Positions 1 through 13,700 of a stretch of 64,000 nucleotides of DNA are shown piece by piece; the first letter of the stretch is position 1; each line of letters begins with the position of its first letter. Below the pieces are notes generated by a model. The model was given only the letters and a program-made list of their open reading frames with translations, searched no databases and was not told the DNA's origin. The stretch is from Mobula hypostoma (taxonomy: Eukaryota). The stretch covers positions 46,812,001-46,876,000 of the forward strand of contig NC_086097.1 of NCBI RefSeq assembly GCF_963921235.1, in the 5' to 3' direction. The position numbers and the translations under genes were made by a program.

Positions 1-185
1 ACATTTTACATTCTGTTGACACTTTTTCCTTTTTACCAGTGCTGCCTCACCTGCTGATTGATTCCGGCATTTTCTGTTGATTGAAAGCAAATCTCAAATT
101 TTTTTGAAAACTTCGACCAATTGTAATTGACTAGAAGTTTTTGTGTATTTTAATGGAATTATAACAGTAATTTCCTTTTGCCTAG

Positions 186-831
186 AAATGGACATCAAAG
201 AACTTATTGAAAAAAGGCAGTATTTTAAGGCCGACTGCCACCTCATCAAATTGGAACATAAACAATATACTAATGATACAACAGAGGCTGATGAAGAACT
301 CGTCAAAGAGCAAAAGAAAGGAATAGAATCACTGTATGAGCTGCTTAGTGCTGAAATTTTCACAGTGGCAAAAAACTCAATGAGCATTTCCAAGGAAAAC
401 CCAGATCTGTTGAAGATGGCAGTAAGAGTGATCATGCAAGAAGAAAAAGCGGATCAAATATATCTAGAGGAAAAGGAGAAATCTGGAGCTATTGCAGAAG
501 TTAGGCCAAGAAGATGGGAAACTAAATGGTTGAGTATTATAGAGCAATCTGTCAATGAAAGATTAGGTGAGCTACCCAGTATTCCTGATGCTGCAGAAAC
601 CAAATGGCTTTTTGAGCATTTAGTGCAGCATCATAAAAAACTGAAAGAGGATTTTGACACCATTGTGAACTGCATCAAACCATGTTATCCTCAAGAGTAC
701 AACATATGCGAAAAGTATGTGGAATATTATCATAAAAAAAGTTCATCCCTCATGGAATTAATCATAGAAAGTGAACCAAAAGGAAAAAATGTTTATCCTT
801 TTTTGCACTGGATTTACTCCTGTTATCCAAA
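186..831 (+). CDS. TNFAIP2: TNFAIP2/EXOC3L-like coding exon 1 (in window)
   Basis: Acceptor ttttgcctag|AA ATG GAC; donor CCA AA|gtaagt (phase 2). Encodes MDIKELIEKRQYFKAD...RPRRWETKW...IKPCYPQEYNICEKYVEYYH...WIYSCYP. Confidence 0.9.
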
Positions 832-3800
832 GTAAGTTGGATACATATCCAACATATGTTTAATTTATTTACTGTATTATTGTCAAGTATTATATTCTAA
901 GATCAAGATTTTCTTACCTGCTTACCTTATTGTAGATCATAGAATGACAATATGGTTCCAGCATAGAAGGAGACCACTTACATCACCATTTATAAGCCAA
1001 ATCAATGACTAGGGCAACTGACTAGTTCCATCCCCAGCTCCTTCTCTGTGGCATTTCAAATTTTCCTCACAATTGATTCAATTCCTCTTAATAGCTCCAG
1101 TGGAATCTACCTCCACCTACATCTACAGGCAGTAGGTTTCACATTCCAACCAAAGGCTGCTTTAAGAATGTTTTCCTCTTGTCACTCTTAATTTTCTGCA
1201 CCTTTATTTTGTACCTGTAATTTTTAGTCCTTAACCTCACTGCCAATAGGAACAAACTCCCACTATCCACTCTGTCTAGAACCCCGCTTCATTTTAACTC
1301 TCTCAGCCTTCTCTTCTCCAACAATCTTCCATCATTGAAACTGGTCTCTCAGCCCAAGAACCATTCTCATAAATCTCTCCTGGACTCTTTCTAATACTTC
1401 TACATCCTTCCTATAATAATGTGACTACAATTGGAATAAAGTACTCCAGCCATGTTCAGACCGACCTTTTTTTACAAATAGTTAACATGTCCTTCCTGCC
1501 TTCCATTGATGAATCCCAGACTGTCTAACTTATTAATCACTTTGTCAATATGGCTTGCCACTTTTTGTGATCTGTACATATATTTAGCCACGTTCTTCTA
1601 CTCTTATGATTTAACAATGTCTTCTCCCCATTCTTCCCCATAACCTTAAGGGTGCATCTCCACATCTAGCTGATTCATATAAAGCAATAGTCATTGTGAA
1701 CCACCGGAATTTCACACAGAATATACTTGCAGAAAATTGGATGAATTCAATCCGATCACTACACCAGAAATTACACTCTACATTGCCCTTCTGTTCTACT
1801 ATTTCATAGTCCAAGTTAGCTTTTAGCAATGTCATTCAGAAAAGTAGTCTGCTTTCATAGATGTACTGTTAATGCCCAGCCCAAGTACACCACCAGCTCC
1901 TATGACTTTGCCCCCTCCTCCCACCTATATCCAAACTCACAGACTGTTTGACAGTCATCCATATTGAATGAACAGAAATCTCTTCTGAATAAAAGACAGG
2001 AAAGGGCAAATCAACTGCTTTCAGACACCTTCAGAAGCTCTGTTTCCTAGTCATTCTCTCAATTTCTTTGCCATAGAAACTGTCTAAAATAACTGGATCA
2101 CTCTCATTGATAGATTTAAACTCGAGATAAGTTTCCAACTATCACTAAGGTACAAGCAAGACTAAGTTTACTTCCTTTAATTTCAAGTCAAGTCATTTTT
2201 TATTGTCATTTCGACCATAACTGCTGGTACAGTACAGAGTAAAAACGAGACAGCGTTTTTCAAGACCATGGTGCTACATGAACAATACAAAAACTACGCT
2301 GAACTATGTAAAAAAACACCACAAAACTACACTAGACTACAGACCTGCATAAAGTGCATCCTCACAAAGTTTCTGCTCATCTGATGCTGAAATCACTTTA
2401 CAGTTGACCATTCCCTCACACTCCAAGTTCATCTTCCTTCTTCTGTCTTCTGTAAACTCAAGATCATCCAAATCTCTGTTGTCCATATCTTACTTAACAC
2501 CAAGACTAATTAAACCATTTATGCTGCGCATATCAGCTAACATCAACTCTTGATCAGAAATATCTCAATTGGAAAAATCTTAACAGATGTAAAATTGGCC
2601 GCCTATGTCCACTCTTCTCCAGCCTGTATTCCAATGTGTCGGTACTCTTCCAGTTTTGAACTATTAATCAATCCCCATTTCAGTCATTTTCTCTTAGGCA
2701 GTCGTGCCTTCATTTGGAAAGGCTCCAAAGTCTTAAATTCCCTCCTCAAATCTCTCTGCTCTGCTCCAGTTTTTTTTTCCATTATCTTGCCTCTTTGACC
2801 CAGTTTCAGTCAACTTCAGATCTCCTTATGTGGTTTTGTGTCAAAATTTTGATGTGAAAGAAAAGTGACTATTGATTTTTGATAGTAGTACAGCTTTCCA
2901 TTGGGTGTGTAGTGTATTGACGATTGACATATTTTAGTTTTCAAAATGCTGTTTGGAAACACATCAAATTAGTCAATGTGAAAACTTATGATTCCTTGTT
3001 CAGTCTTCTCAGTACCATCACACAATCTGAAGAAACAAGTCAGGAAATGTCAAAGACCTTGCTCCCAGAGAGGATGATCAGTCATTTGAAAAGTGAATAC
3101 TTTTCTGCCTTACAGGTAAAATGTTTATCACTTCCTTGCATTTAAAATGTACAAATGAACTTAAAATTGTAATTGGAACTTCTGTGGTCAAGCAATCAAG
3201 AGAAGTCATGTGTTGCAATATTTTTTTAGCTGGTCTTTTGGAAGCATTAATGATTGCACAGTATATGCTTCTCTAAATTCAATTGCTTTCTTTATTGCAG
3301 TCAGATACCAGAACACATATGTATAAGAGTCTCCGTATAGAAGAGGACAAATGGAAACGTGAAGAAGAACCAATTGTGCTGAATGAGTATTACCACAGTG
3401 AGCTACCCATTGACATAATCCAGGTACACAGAATAGCACCAAAAAAAATTTAAAAAGACCTGTGCACCTGTATTTCCAAAAGAATACCTTACTCTAGCTA
3501 AAGGGACAACAAAGAAAATCGCAATGAGATGGCATAATTCAATCCAGGGGATTGCCACAGAGACCAGGTTACTGGCACTGAGCATGGGTCCGTGCTGAAG
3601 AAGGTAAAGAGGGAGAAGAGGGGTGCATTAGTGATAGGGGACTCAGGAATAAACATGATATTCTGTGAATGTGAACAGGACACCCGGATGGCATGTTGCC
3701 TCCCAGGTGCCAGGGTCTGGGACATCTCGGATCGTGTCCACAGCATTTTAGAGAGGGAGGAAGGGCAGCCAGATGTCTTGGTACATATTGGTATCAATGA

Positions 3801-6800
3801 CATAGGAAGGAAAAGTAATGAGGTCCTGAAGAGAGAATTTAGACAGTTAGGAAGAAAGCTGAGAAGCAGGACTCCAGGATAGTAATTTCTGGATTGCTAT
3901 CTGTGCCACGTGCTAATGAGGGTAAAACAGGATGATTTGTCAGATAAATGCGTGGCTGAGAAGCTGGTGCAGGGAACAGGGCTTCAGGTTCTTGGATCAT
4001 TGGCATCTCTTCCGGTGGGGGGCGGGGGGGGTATGACCTGTTCAAAAGGTTGAGCTGTTGCACCTGAACCCAAGGGAGACCAATATTCTCACAATCAAGT
4101 TTGTTAGAGCTGTTGGGGAAGGTTTAAACTAACTTGGCAGAGGGATGGGAACCAGAGTGAAGGGACTCAGAATAGGACAGATGTCCAAGGTTACACATTG
4201 TATCAGAGGGATAAGAAGGTAGGCAGAGGGAGAGACGTGGCTCTGCTGGTAAAGAATGGCGTCAAATCAGTAGAAAGATGTGACATACGATCGGAAGATG
4301 TTGAATCCTTGTGGGTTGAGTTAAGAAACCTCAAGGGTAAAAGGATCCTGATGGCAGATATATACAGGCCTCCTAACAGTAGCTGGGGTGTGGACCACAG
4401 ATTATAACAGGAAATAGAAAAGGTGTGGCAAAGGGGCAATGTTATGATAGTCATGGGAGATTTTAACATGCAGGTCGATTGGGAAAATCAGGTTGGTAAT
4501 GGGCCTCAAGAAAGTGAGTTTGTTGAATACCTATGAGATGGCTTTTCAGAGCAGTTTGTCATTGACTAGGGGATCAGCTATACTGGATTGGGTAAAGAAC
4601 TGGAGGTGATTAGGGAGCTTAAGGTAAAAGAGCCCTTAGAAGGCAGTGATCCCAATATGATTGAGTTCAACTTGAAATCTGATAGGGAGAAAGTAAAGTC
4701 TGACATAGCAGTATTTCAGTGGATTAAGGGAAATTACAGTGGTCTGCTCCTTTGTCTTATGGTCATATAATTGGCAATCGTTAGCAATTTATGTCATTTT
4801 TCAACAAACACTTTAACATTTCACTACCCGAATTAATGTTCCACAAAACAGCAGCAGATTAAGAATCTCCAGGCATTTGTTTGTAAGTGATTTTCATTTG
4901 CCATTTCGTTGATCCACCCAGCACAACAATTTGACGCGTCCAGCAGAATAACCAAAGCCGTGAGTGACACCACCTATGCCTTCCTACCTGTCCTTTTGAT
5001 ACAAAGTAAATCCTTTGATGTTCAGCTTCCAACAATGACCTTCCTTCAGCCACAACTCAGTGATGTCCACAATGTCATACCGACCAATCTCTATTTGTGC
5101 CATGAGTTTGTGCACCTTATTCCAAATGCTACATGCATTTAAATACAGCACCTTCAGCCCTGCATTCTTCACCTTTATGAATTTTGCCTCTGTGGTACAA
5201 CTTAACTCTTTGCTCTGTCTGCAGTTGTACCCAGTCATTGCCTTGTACTTCCTTACATTCATATTATATATTACACCATTTACTTGCAAATTGCTGGCTC
5301 ATCCTCAGCTCTATCATACTGGTTCCCATCCCTCTGCCATATTAGTTTAAACCACTCCCAACAGCTCTAGCTAACCTGCCCACAACGATATTGGTCTCAC
5401 CTGCCTCAGAAGAGGTCCTAATGATCCAGAAATTTGAACAGGCTGGGTTTATTTTTCCTGGAGTGCAAGAGGCTGAGAGGTGAACTGATATATGTATATA
5501 AAATTATATAAGAGATGCAGATAGTGTAGATGGCTGGCTGCTGGAAGGTCCAGCTGCTGAGTTGGCTCGACTGGAAGCTGGCTGTGTTTTGCTTGATGCG
5601 TGAATGTGGTTTGGAACCTGTTGAGGGAAAGAGAGTGGGGAAGGAACGGAAATTGCTGGGAGGGGGTCGTGTGGGTCCGGTAATGGCGGACAAGATAAGA
5701 GGTGGGGTTGAGGGAAAGAAAGTGGAGAAGGAGAGGGATAGAGACTTGGGACCAGAGGTAGGCAGCTGGGGAGAGGTGGATTATTGTGAAGGGAGAAATA
5801 AAGGGAATGAGGAGGTAGTGAGGGGTCGGATGAATAAAAACCAAGACAAAGGGAATAAAAGAATAAGAAATGATGGTGGAGAAAGCTCTGAAAGTGAGGA
5901 AGATGAACAAGCTCAGAGAGGAGGTGTTGTCATAATTGGGTTTAATGAGAAGACTCAGGGACATATGAAGAAAATTAACCCGTTTGTGCTAACAACAACT
6001 CTGACAAATAAGATAGGGGAAATAGTATTTGCAAAAGTCCTTAATGACGGCAACTTATTGGTAAGATGTGCGAATGAGGAACAACTTGAGAAAGCACTCA
6101 AGCTAAAAAAGATAGGAAAATGCAAGGTGGAATACACTGGGAGGGTGGGAGCACAAAATAGTGGTTGTAAAGGAGTGATCACGGGGATACCAATGAGTAT
6201 AAATATGGAGGAGATAAAGAGGAATATCAAAGGAGGGAAAGTAATGAATGTTCAAAGACTGAAAACAACAAAGGAGGGAGTGAAAAGGGAAAGTGAATCA
6301 GTATGGATTGAATTTGAAGAAGAAAGAGTGCCAAGGAAGGTGTTCCTGGGTTTCATGAGTTACCCAGTAAGGGTGTATGTGCCAAAGCCACTGAGGTGCT
6401 ATGATTGTCAAAGGTTTGGACACGTGGCTAAAAACTGTAAAAGGCAGAGGAGATGTGCTAGATGTGGGGTGATCATGAATATGGAAAGTGCGGAACAGGA
6501 GTTCAACCAAAATGCTGCAATTGTGGAGGAGCTCATAATGTTGCATATAGTGGGTGTGAGGTTGTCAGACGGGAGACTAAAATTCAAGAAATAAGAGTGA
6601 AAAGAAAGATCACTTATGCAGAAGCTGTAAGAATGTCAAGAGAACAGACTAATGCTCCTAATGAACAGGGAGCAGTAAGGATACGAGAGATGCAACAAAG
6701 AACAAATGACAGGATTTATGCAGACAAAAAGGCTCTAGTAACATTCATTGCAGGAGTGATTAATAGTACTGCTGAGGTAAAGTCAAAAAGTGACAAAATT

Positions 6801-9800
6801 CAGCTGGTGGTAAAAGCAGCAGTAAACCATTTAGGGTTAGTAGGGCTGACATGGGAGGAAGTGAGGGAGAACCTCAGTAATCAGTCAAGCCAGGAAGTGT
6901 CATGTGTTGGTTAATACTAATTATGGTGATTCTTTTACAATGGAATGCAAGGAGCTTACTGGCCAATAGCCAGGAATTCAAGCACTTTATTAAAGAAATG
7001 GTTGTAAAACCGGATGTAGTGTGTATTCAGGAAACTTGGTTGAAACCAACTTTAGACTTTGTGGTATTTGGGTATACAATGATAAGGAAAGATAGAAATC
7101 TAGGGGGAGGAGGAGGTTGTTGTGCTATGTTAATCAAGCAAGGTATACCATATAGGGTACTGGAGAAAGGAGATGATCAGGAATACATAGTGGTGGAAGT
7201 GTGGGAGAGAGGGGAGGGAGTGGTTATAATTAACTACTACAATCCATGTAAAAGGTTGGATTTGGACAGCCTATTAAAGATACAAGGACAAAATAGACAT
7301 AAAGTAGTGTGGTGTGCAGATTTCAATGCTCATAGCACAATATGGGGGGATCAGATTACAGATCCAAATGGAAAGGTAATTGAAGATTTGATGGAAGAAA
7401 GGGATTTGGTGTGTATGAATGATGGTAGCGGCACAAGGATAGACATAACAACAGGAACTGAGTCAGTGTTAGATATTACGTTAGTGTCTAATACCTTGGC
7501 TGGCATTAGTAACTGGGGAGTTTGGACTGCTTCAACAGTAGGCAGTGATCACTACCCAGTTTTGTGTTCGGTGGGTGAAAGAGTTGAAGTAAGACCAGGT
7601 GGCGGAACCCCAAAGTGGGTGTTTGAAAAAGCTGATTGGGGTAAGGTCCAGAAATTGAGTGAAGAAGGGTTGACAAAGATTGATATTTCTGGAAATGTAG
7701 ATGAATTAAACAGTCAGGTGACTTCAGCAATTATCATGGCAGCAGAAGGATCTATACCTAGGAGTGAAAATAGGATGAATAGAAAACTGGTACCATGGTG
7801 GACAGAGGAATGTTGTCAGGCTGTAAAAAACAGAAGTAGAGCATTCAGGCTAGTTAAAAGAACCCATAATATGCAGCATTTGGTTCAATATAAGAAAGCA
7901 CAGGCAGTGGTGAGAAGAACTATACGTCAAGCTAAAAGGGCAAGTTGGAGGAGTTTTTGCGACAAGATAGGAAGAACAACACCTGTGGGAGAGATATGGG
8001 GAATGATTAAGAGGATGGGAGGAGATAGAAGGGAATGGGAATATCCAGCAATGATATCTGAGGAGGAAACTGCAGTCTCCAGTAGGGATAAGGCTGAGGT
8101 CATGGCCAAGTCATTTGTACTGATACACAGTTCAGAAAATTTGTCTGAAGAAGGGAGAAGAAGAAGGGAAAGAATAATGAGCCAACACCCAGGTGTGTTA
8201 AGCAGGAAGGAAGGAACAGATGATATAATTGATGATCCATTTACATTAGCAGAAATGGTGAGAACAATAAAGAGATCGAGACCAACCTCCCCAGGGAAAG
8301 ATCTGATATGCTCTGTGATGCTAAAAAAATCTAGGAGAAGGAGCGCTCTTGAAGTTGCTGCATTTTTATAGCAGAGTGTGGGAGGAGGGAAGATTACCAA
8401 GTGCATGGAAAGAAGCAGTAGTAATTCCAATAAGGAAGCCTGGCAAGGATCTGTCAAAACCCACTAGCTACAGACCAATTGCATTAACATCAAGTATATG
8501 TAAGATAATGGAAAGGATGATAACAGAAAGGTTATCATATGAGCTTGAGAAAAGGGGAATGCTGGCAAGTTATCAGAGTGGTTTTAGAAAGGGAAGGAAT
8601 TCCATGGACTCAGTGATTATGCTAGGGACTGAAATAAGGAAGGCCCAGGCAAATAGAGAGTCAGTAGTGACAGTGTTCTTTGACATTGAAAAAGCCCATG
8701 ATATGATGTGGAAGGAAGGATTATTAATTAAACTGCACAAGATGGGGGTTGGTGGGAGAGTTTTTAATTGGATTAAAGATTTTTTGTTTGGTAGAAAAAT
8801 TCAAGTTCGGATTGGATCAGAATTATCAAAACAGTACATAGTAGAAAATGGCACACCTCAAGGTAGTGTGATTAGCCCGTTACTTTTCATCATTATGATC
8901 AATGATGTCTTCACAAAGGTACCAGTGGATATAGGTAGGTCACTGTTTGCGGATGATGGGGCCTTGTGGAAAAGAGGCAGGAACATGGACTATACAATCA
9001 GGAAACTACAAGAAACAATTGATGAAGTAGTGGAGTGGGGTTATGATTGGGGATGTAGATTTTCAGTAGATAAAACTCAAACTGTATTTTTTACCAGGAA
9101 AAGGGTTGAGATGGGGAAGAAGTTAAGGACGTATGGGGTTGAATTAGAAAGGGTTGCATCATTTAAATTTCTGGGAGTTATATTTGATTCACGATTAACA
9201 TGGGCAGACCATATCAGGAAAGTTGAGGAGAAATGTAAAAAAGTAATAAATGTGATGAAATGTTTGACTGGTAGGGAATGGGGAGCAAGTTGTTCAGCTT
9301 TGAAGAGAATGTATATGGCTTTAGTAAGATCTGTATTGGATTATGGAAATATAGTATATGGATCAGCAGCTAGGTCTCTTATAAGGAAATTGGATGTGAT
9401 TCAGGCTCAGGCCTTGAGAGTGTGCGGTGGGGCTTTTAAAACGTCACCAGTGTCAGCCCTACAGGTAGAAATGGGAATAATGCCTTTGGAACTAAGAAGG
9501 ATGCAACTGATGGCAAACTACTGGGCTAACTTGCAGGGGCACAATGATTCTCACCCTACTAAAGGAGTGTTGCAGGAGTGCTGGGAAAATGGGAGGTTTC
9601 AGAGGGATATCTTTAGTCGGGTAGGGAATGATATCGCGAAAGAATGTGGAGTATTTGATCTGAGGATAAATCCTTCAGTAGTTTATCCGGTTGTAGCTCC
9701 ATGGAAGCTTGTATGGCCTGACATAGACTGGCATTTGTTAGAGGTAAAAAGGAAAGAAAGATATAAAACAGATTTGGTAAATGCATTTAACTGTCATGTG

Positions 9801-10742
9801 ATGGAAAAGTATAGTGATTATACTCACATTTATACGGATGGTGCGAAGGAACCTGAAACAGGAGTGACAGGGTTTGGGGTGGTAATACCAGCAAAAGAAA
9901 TTGGAATCAGCAGAAGAACATCTAATAAGTTAGGGGTGTTTACAGTGGAGATGCTGGCAGTGTTGGTTGCATTGCAATAGGTGCAGAAAGCCAGACAAGC
10001 CAAAGCATTGATATGTTCAGATTCATCCTCAGTTCTAGCAAGTTTAAGGTCTTTTCACACAAACAGTCGGCAAGATGTACTTTATGAAGTCCTTCAGTTA
10101 GTTACAAGAATTGCAAATCAGGGAGGTCAGGTAAAATTTCTAAGGGTTCCAGCACATGTAGGGGTGAAGGGGAATGAGCGGGTGGATGAGTTGGCAAAGA
10201 GGGCGTTAAAGAAAGAAAATGTGGAAATGCACATTAGTATCAGTAAAGCAGAGGTTAAGTGTGTAATCTGGGAAAAAGTCAACTGAATGTGGCAAGAAAG
10301 ATGGGACAGGGAGGGGAAAGGGAGGCATTTATATCAAATACAAAAGAGTGTTGCAGTTACTAGGGTAGGTAACGGAAACAGAAGAGAGGAAATTTTGTGG
10401 ACGAGGTTAAGGCTGGAGCATTGTGCATTAAACAAAACATTGAAAATGATAGGGAAACACCAGACAGGATTGTGTGAGGAATGTCAGGAAGAGGAGTCAC
10501 TAGAACATGTAGTTTTGTGTTGCAGGAAGTATGGGATACAGAGAGAGATGATGAGAAATAAATTAAGGGAGTTGGGGATGCAGGAATTCACATTAAAAGA
10601 GTTGCTGGGCATGGGTGAGAGAGCTCAAGTCCGGGTATTTTTAGCGTTTTTAAGGGGTACAGGGTTTTTTTATAGAATATGACGAATAAACAGGAATAGG
10701 ATACTAGGATGGTCAAAGATGGGAGGGTGAAGTGTAGGTTTG

Positions 10743-10786
<44 letters not shown>

Positions 10787-13700
10787 CACGCGCACGATTG
10801 GGTGAAGGGATTTAGATTATATGTCTAGTGCACATTCTGGAGCAGAGGGTGGCGGTAATGCACCATTAAGCTGGATGCCAACCGCCGTAAAAAAAGATAC
10901 AGACAGACAGACAGATAGTGTAGATAGCAACACTCACAACACGCTGGAGAAACTCAGCAGGTCGGGCAGCATCAGTGGAAAAGATCAGTCGACGTTTCAG
11001 GCCAGAACCCTTCGTCAGGACTGAAGAGGGAGGAGGCAGAGGCCCTATAGAGAAGGTGGGGGGAGGGTGGGAAGGAGAAGGCTGGTAGGTTCCAGGTGAA
11101 AAACCAGTAAGGGGAAAGATAAAGGGGTGGGGGAAGGGAAGCAGGGAGGTGATAGGCAGGAAAGGTGAAAAAAGAATAGGGGAAAACACAATGGGTAGTA
11201 GAAGGAGGCGGAACCATGAGGGAGGTGATAGGCAGCTGGGCGAGGGGGCAGAGTGATGTAGGGATAGGAGAAGGGAGGGGGAGGGAATTACCGGAAGTTG
11301 GAGAATTCTGTGTTCATACCAAGGGGTTGGAGACTACCTAGACGGTATATGAGGTGTTGCTCCTCCAACCTGAGTTTAGCCGTATCATGGCAGTAGAGGA
11401 GGCATATCTGAATGGGAGTGGGAAGCAGAGTTGAAGTGGGTGGCTACTGGGAGATCCTGTCTGTTTTGGCAGATGGAGCAGAGGTGCTCGACGAAGCAGT
11501 CCCCCAATCTGCGTCGGGTTTCACCGATGTAGAGGAGGCCCCACCAGGAGCACTGGATGCAATAGATGACCCCAACAGACTCACAAGTGAAGTGTTGCCT
11601 CACCTGGAAGGACTGTTTGGAGCCCTGAATGGTGGCAAGAAATGAGGTGTAGGGACAGGTGTAACACTTGCACTTACAAGGATAAGTGCCAGGTGGGAGA
11701 TCCGTGGGGAGGGACGTGTGGACCAGGGAGTCGTGGAGGGTCTGCCAAAACAGACAGGATCTCCCAGTAGCCAGCCACTTCAACTCTGCTTCCCACTCCC
11801 ATTCAGATATGTCCATACATGGCCTCCTCTACTGCCATGATGAGGCTAAACTCAGGTTGGAGGAGCAACACCTCATATACCGTCTAGGTAGTCTCCAGCC
11901 CCCTCGTATGAACATAGAATTCTCCAACTTCCGGTAATTCCCTCCCCCTCCCTTCCCTTATCCCTATATCACTCTGCCCCCTCCCTCAGCTGCCTATCAC
12001 CTCCCTCATGCTTTCGCCTCCTTCTACTACCCATTGTGTTTTCCCCTGTTCCTTCTTCACCTTTCCTGCCTATCACCTCCCTGCTTCCCCTCCCCCACCT
12101 CCTTATCAATCCCCTTACTGGTTTTTCACCTGGAACCTACCAGCCTTCTCCCTCCCACCCTCCCCCCACCTTCCTTATAGGCCCTTTCCCTCTACAGTCC
12201 TGACGAAGGGTTCCAGCCCGAAACGTCGACCGATCTTTTCCACGGATGCTGCCCGACCTGCTGAGTTCCTCCAGCATGTTGTGAGTGTTGCTTTGACCCC
12301 AGCATCAGCAGATTATTTTGTGTTCACGATAGTGTAGGTAGTCCTGATGAACACTACCTCTCTACTTTTTTTATTTCTGTTTTTCAGCATGACTTATTTT
12401 TACTTAATTATTTAATAGACACATATATACTTACTGTAATTTTGCTTTTTTTCTCTATATTTACTTATCATGTATTTTATTGTACTGCTGCCATAATGCT
12501 AACAATGCTGGTGATATTAAAACTGATTCTGATAGCAGCATCAAAAATAAGAGTGTACATATTGCTTTAAGGTGCGAGGAAGTAGTATTGAAGTCGACTC
12601 AGGGATTTTTTTTTACACAGTGTTAGTATCAGGAACTCATTGCAAGAGGAGGTGGTGGAATTAAATACAAATCGCTATCATTAAGAGATATTTAGAAAGG
12701 CACTGAAATAGGCAGAGCGTAGACGGGCCTAATATGAGCAAGTGGATCAGTGTAGATAGGAAAAGAGTTTCGTATGAACTTTGTGGGCCAAAGGTTCTGT
12801 GTTGAAGCCTTAAAGTTAAATCATAACATCAAGCTTATCAGAATCTGAGTTGAACTGAAAATAATAGTAATGAAAATATAACAATAACATTGATTTTAAC
12901 TGTATCCAACCTTCTTCCAAGAATGAAAACAAAGAATTTTCATCCACTCACTCTGAAAATCTGCTGTAAATGTTCAATTACAAAAAATCTTACATTCACT
13001 GGAAAAAATGCAGAACTGGTAGACATTACTTTCAATTTAGCATAGTGCATAAATCACTTTATTTCTTTGCTATTTACTTACTGCCAATCTGTACTGACAT
13101 TCTGTTTAAAACGAGAAATTACTATTATGTTTTCATGCTGTTGTGATCATTTTTGTACATTATTCCATTGGTTCTCAATACATAAGTCAGTTGTTAATCT
13201 TTACCCTCTAATAACTTAACATGTTTTAATCCTTTATCCCTCAGATAATTGAAGGGGCAATCCAGGAGGCTGGAACTCTTACTAACGAGATGGTTGACAA
13301 AACAGTTGTCATCATACTGGAGGAAGCACATTCCTTCCTGGGAAGGTACAACAGATCTGTAATATATAGAAACATGCGTCTCCTTTTAAAATCATGACTT
13401 CAAACCAGTACAAAATTACATAATAAAAGAGGCATTTTATCTTTCCTGGTTTCTGAACAAATGTGTGGATGCTCTTTTGTATATTTGAGACCAATAAAAA
13501 TTAAGTCACTTGAAAGTGAGATGCATAGTTTTCAGCTGGGCATAAGAAGGCATCATCCTTGATATTGGTTCATTTTCTCCCTGTTTGAGGAAAAAAAACA
13601 TTCAAAAGTTAACCCTCAAACTTACCATCTAAAATAAGAATATTGCATTCCTCATGCACAATGCAACATTTTTGACACCCAGTGATCACAGGGGGTCTTA

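Larger units (their letters stand above)
5532..10911 (+). mobile_element. Near full-length Nimb/I-clade non-LTR retrotransposon with 14-bp TSD
   Basis: TSD cagatagtgtagat at 5518-5531 and 10912-10925. ORF1 has three CCHC knuckles; ORF2 has APE-RT-RNaseH-CCHC. The 3' end ggtggcggtaatgcacc...gatgccaaccgccgtaaaa is followed by a (GACA)n tail. Confidence 0.92.
10926..12327. mobile_element. Penelope-like element, 5'-truncated, with inverted (fold-back) terminal repeats and GIY-YIG remnant
   Basis: Minus-strand FTCESVGVIYCIQC..LLYIGETRRRLGDCFVEH (GIY-YIG endonuclease). Arms 10926-11473 and 11741-12292 are reverse complements. Flanked by gatagtgtag(a/g)tag direct repeats. Confidence 0.88.

Noticed and set aside
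7927..8457. 176-aa antisense ORF and similar antisense ORFs over the Nimb and Gypsy coding regions
   Set aside because: These are shadow ORFs of purine-rich sense coding strands, low complexity and without motifs.
12340..12360. gtcctgatga as another hammerhead
   Set aside because: No stem II or GAAA follows; the downstream sequence looks like a LINE 3' UTR remnant.
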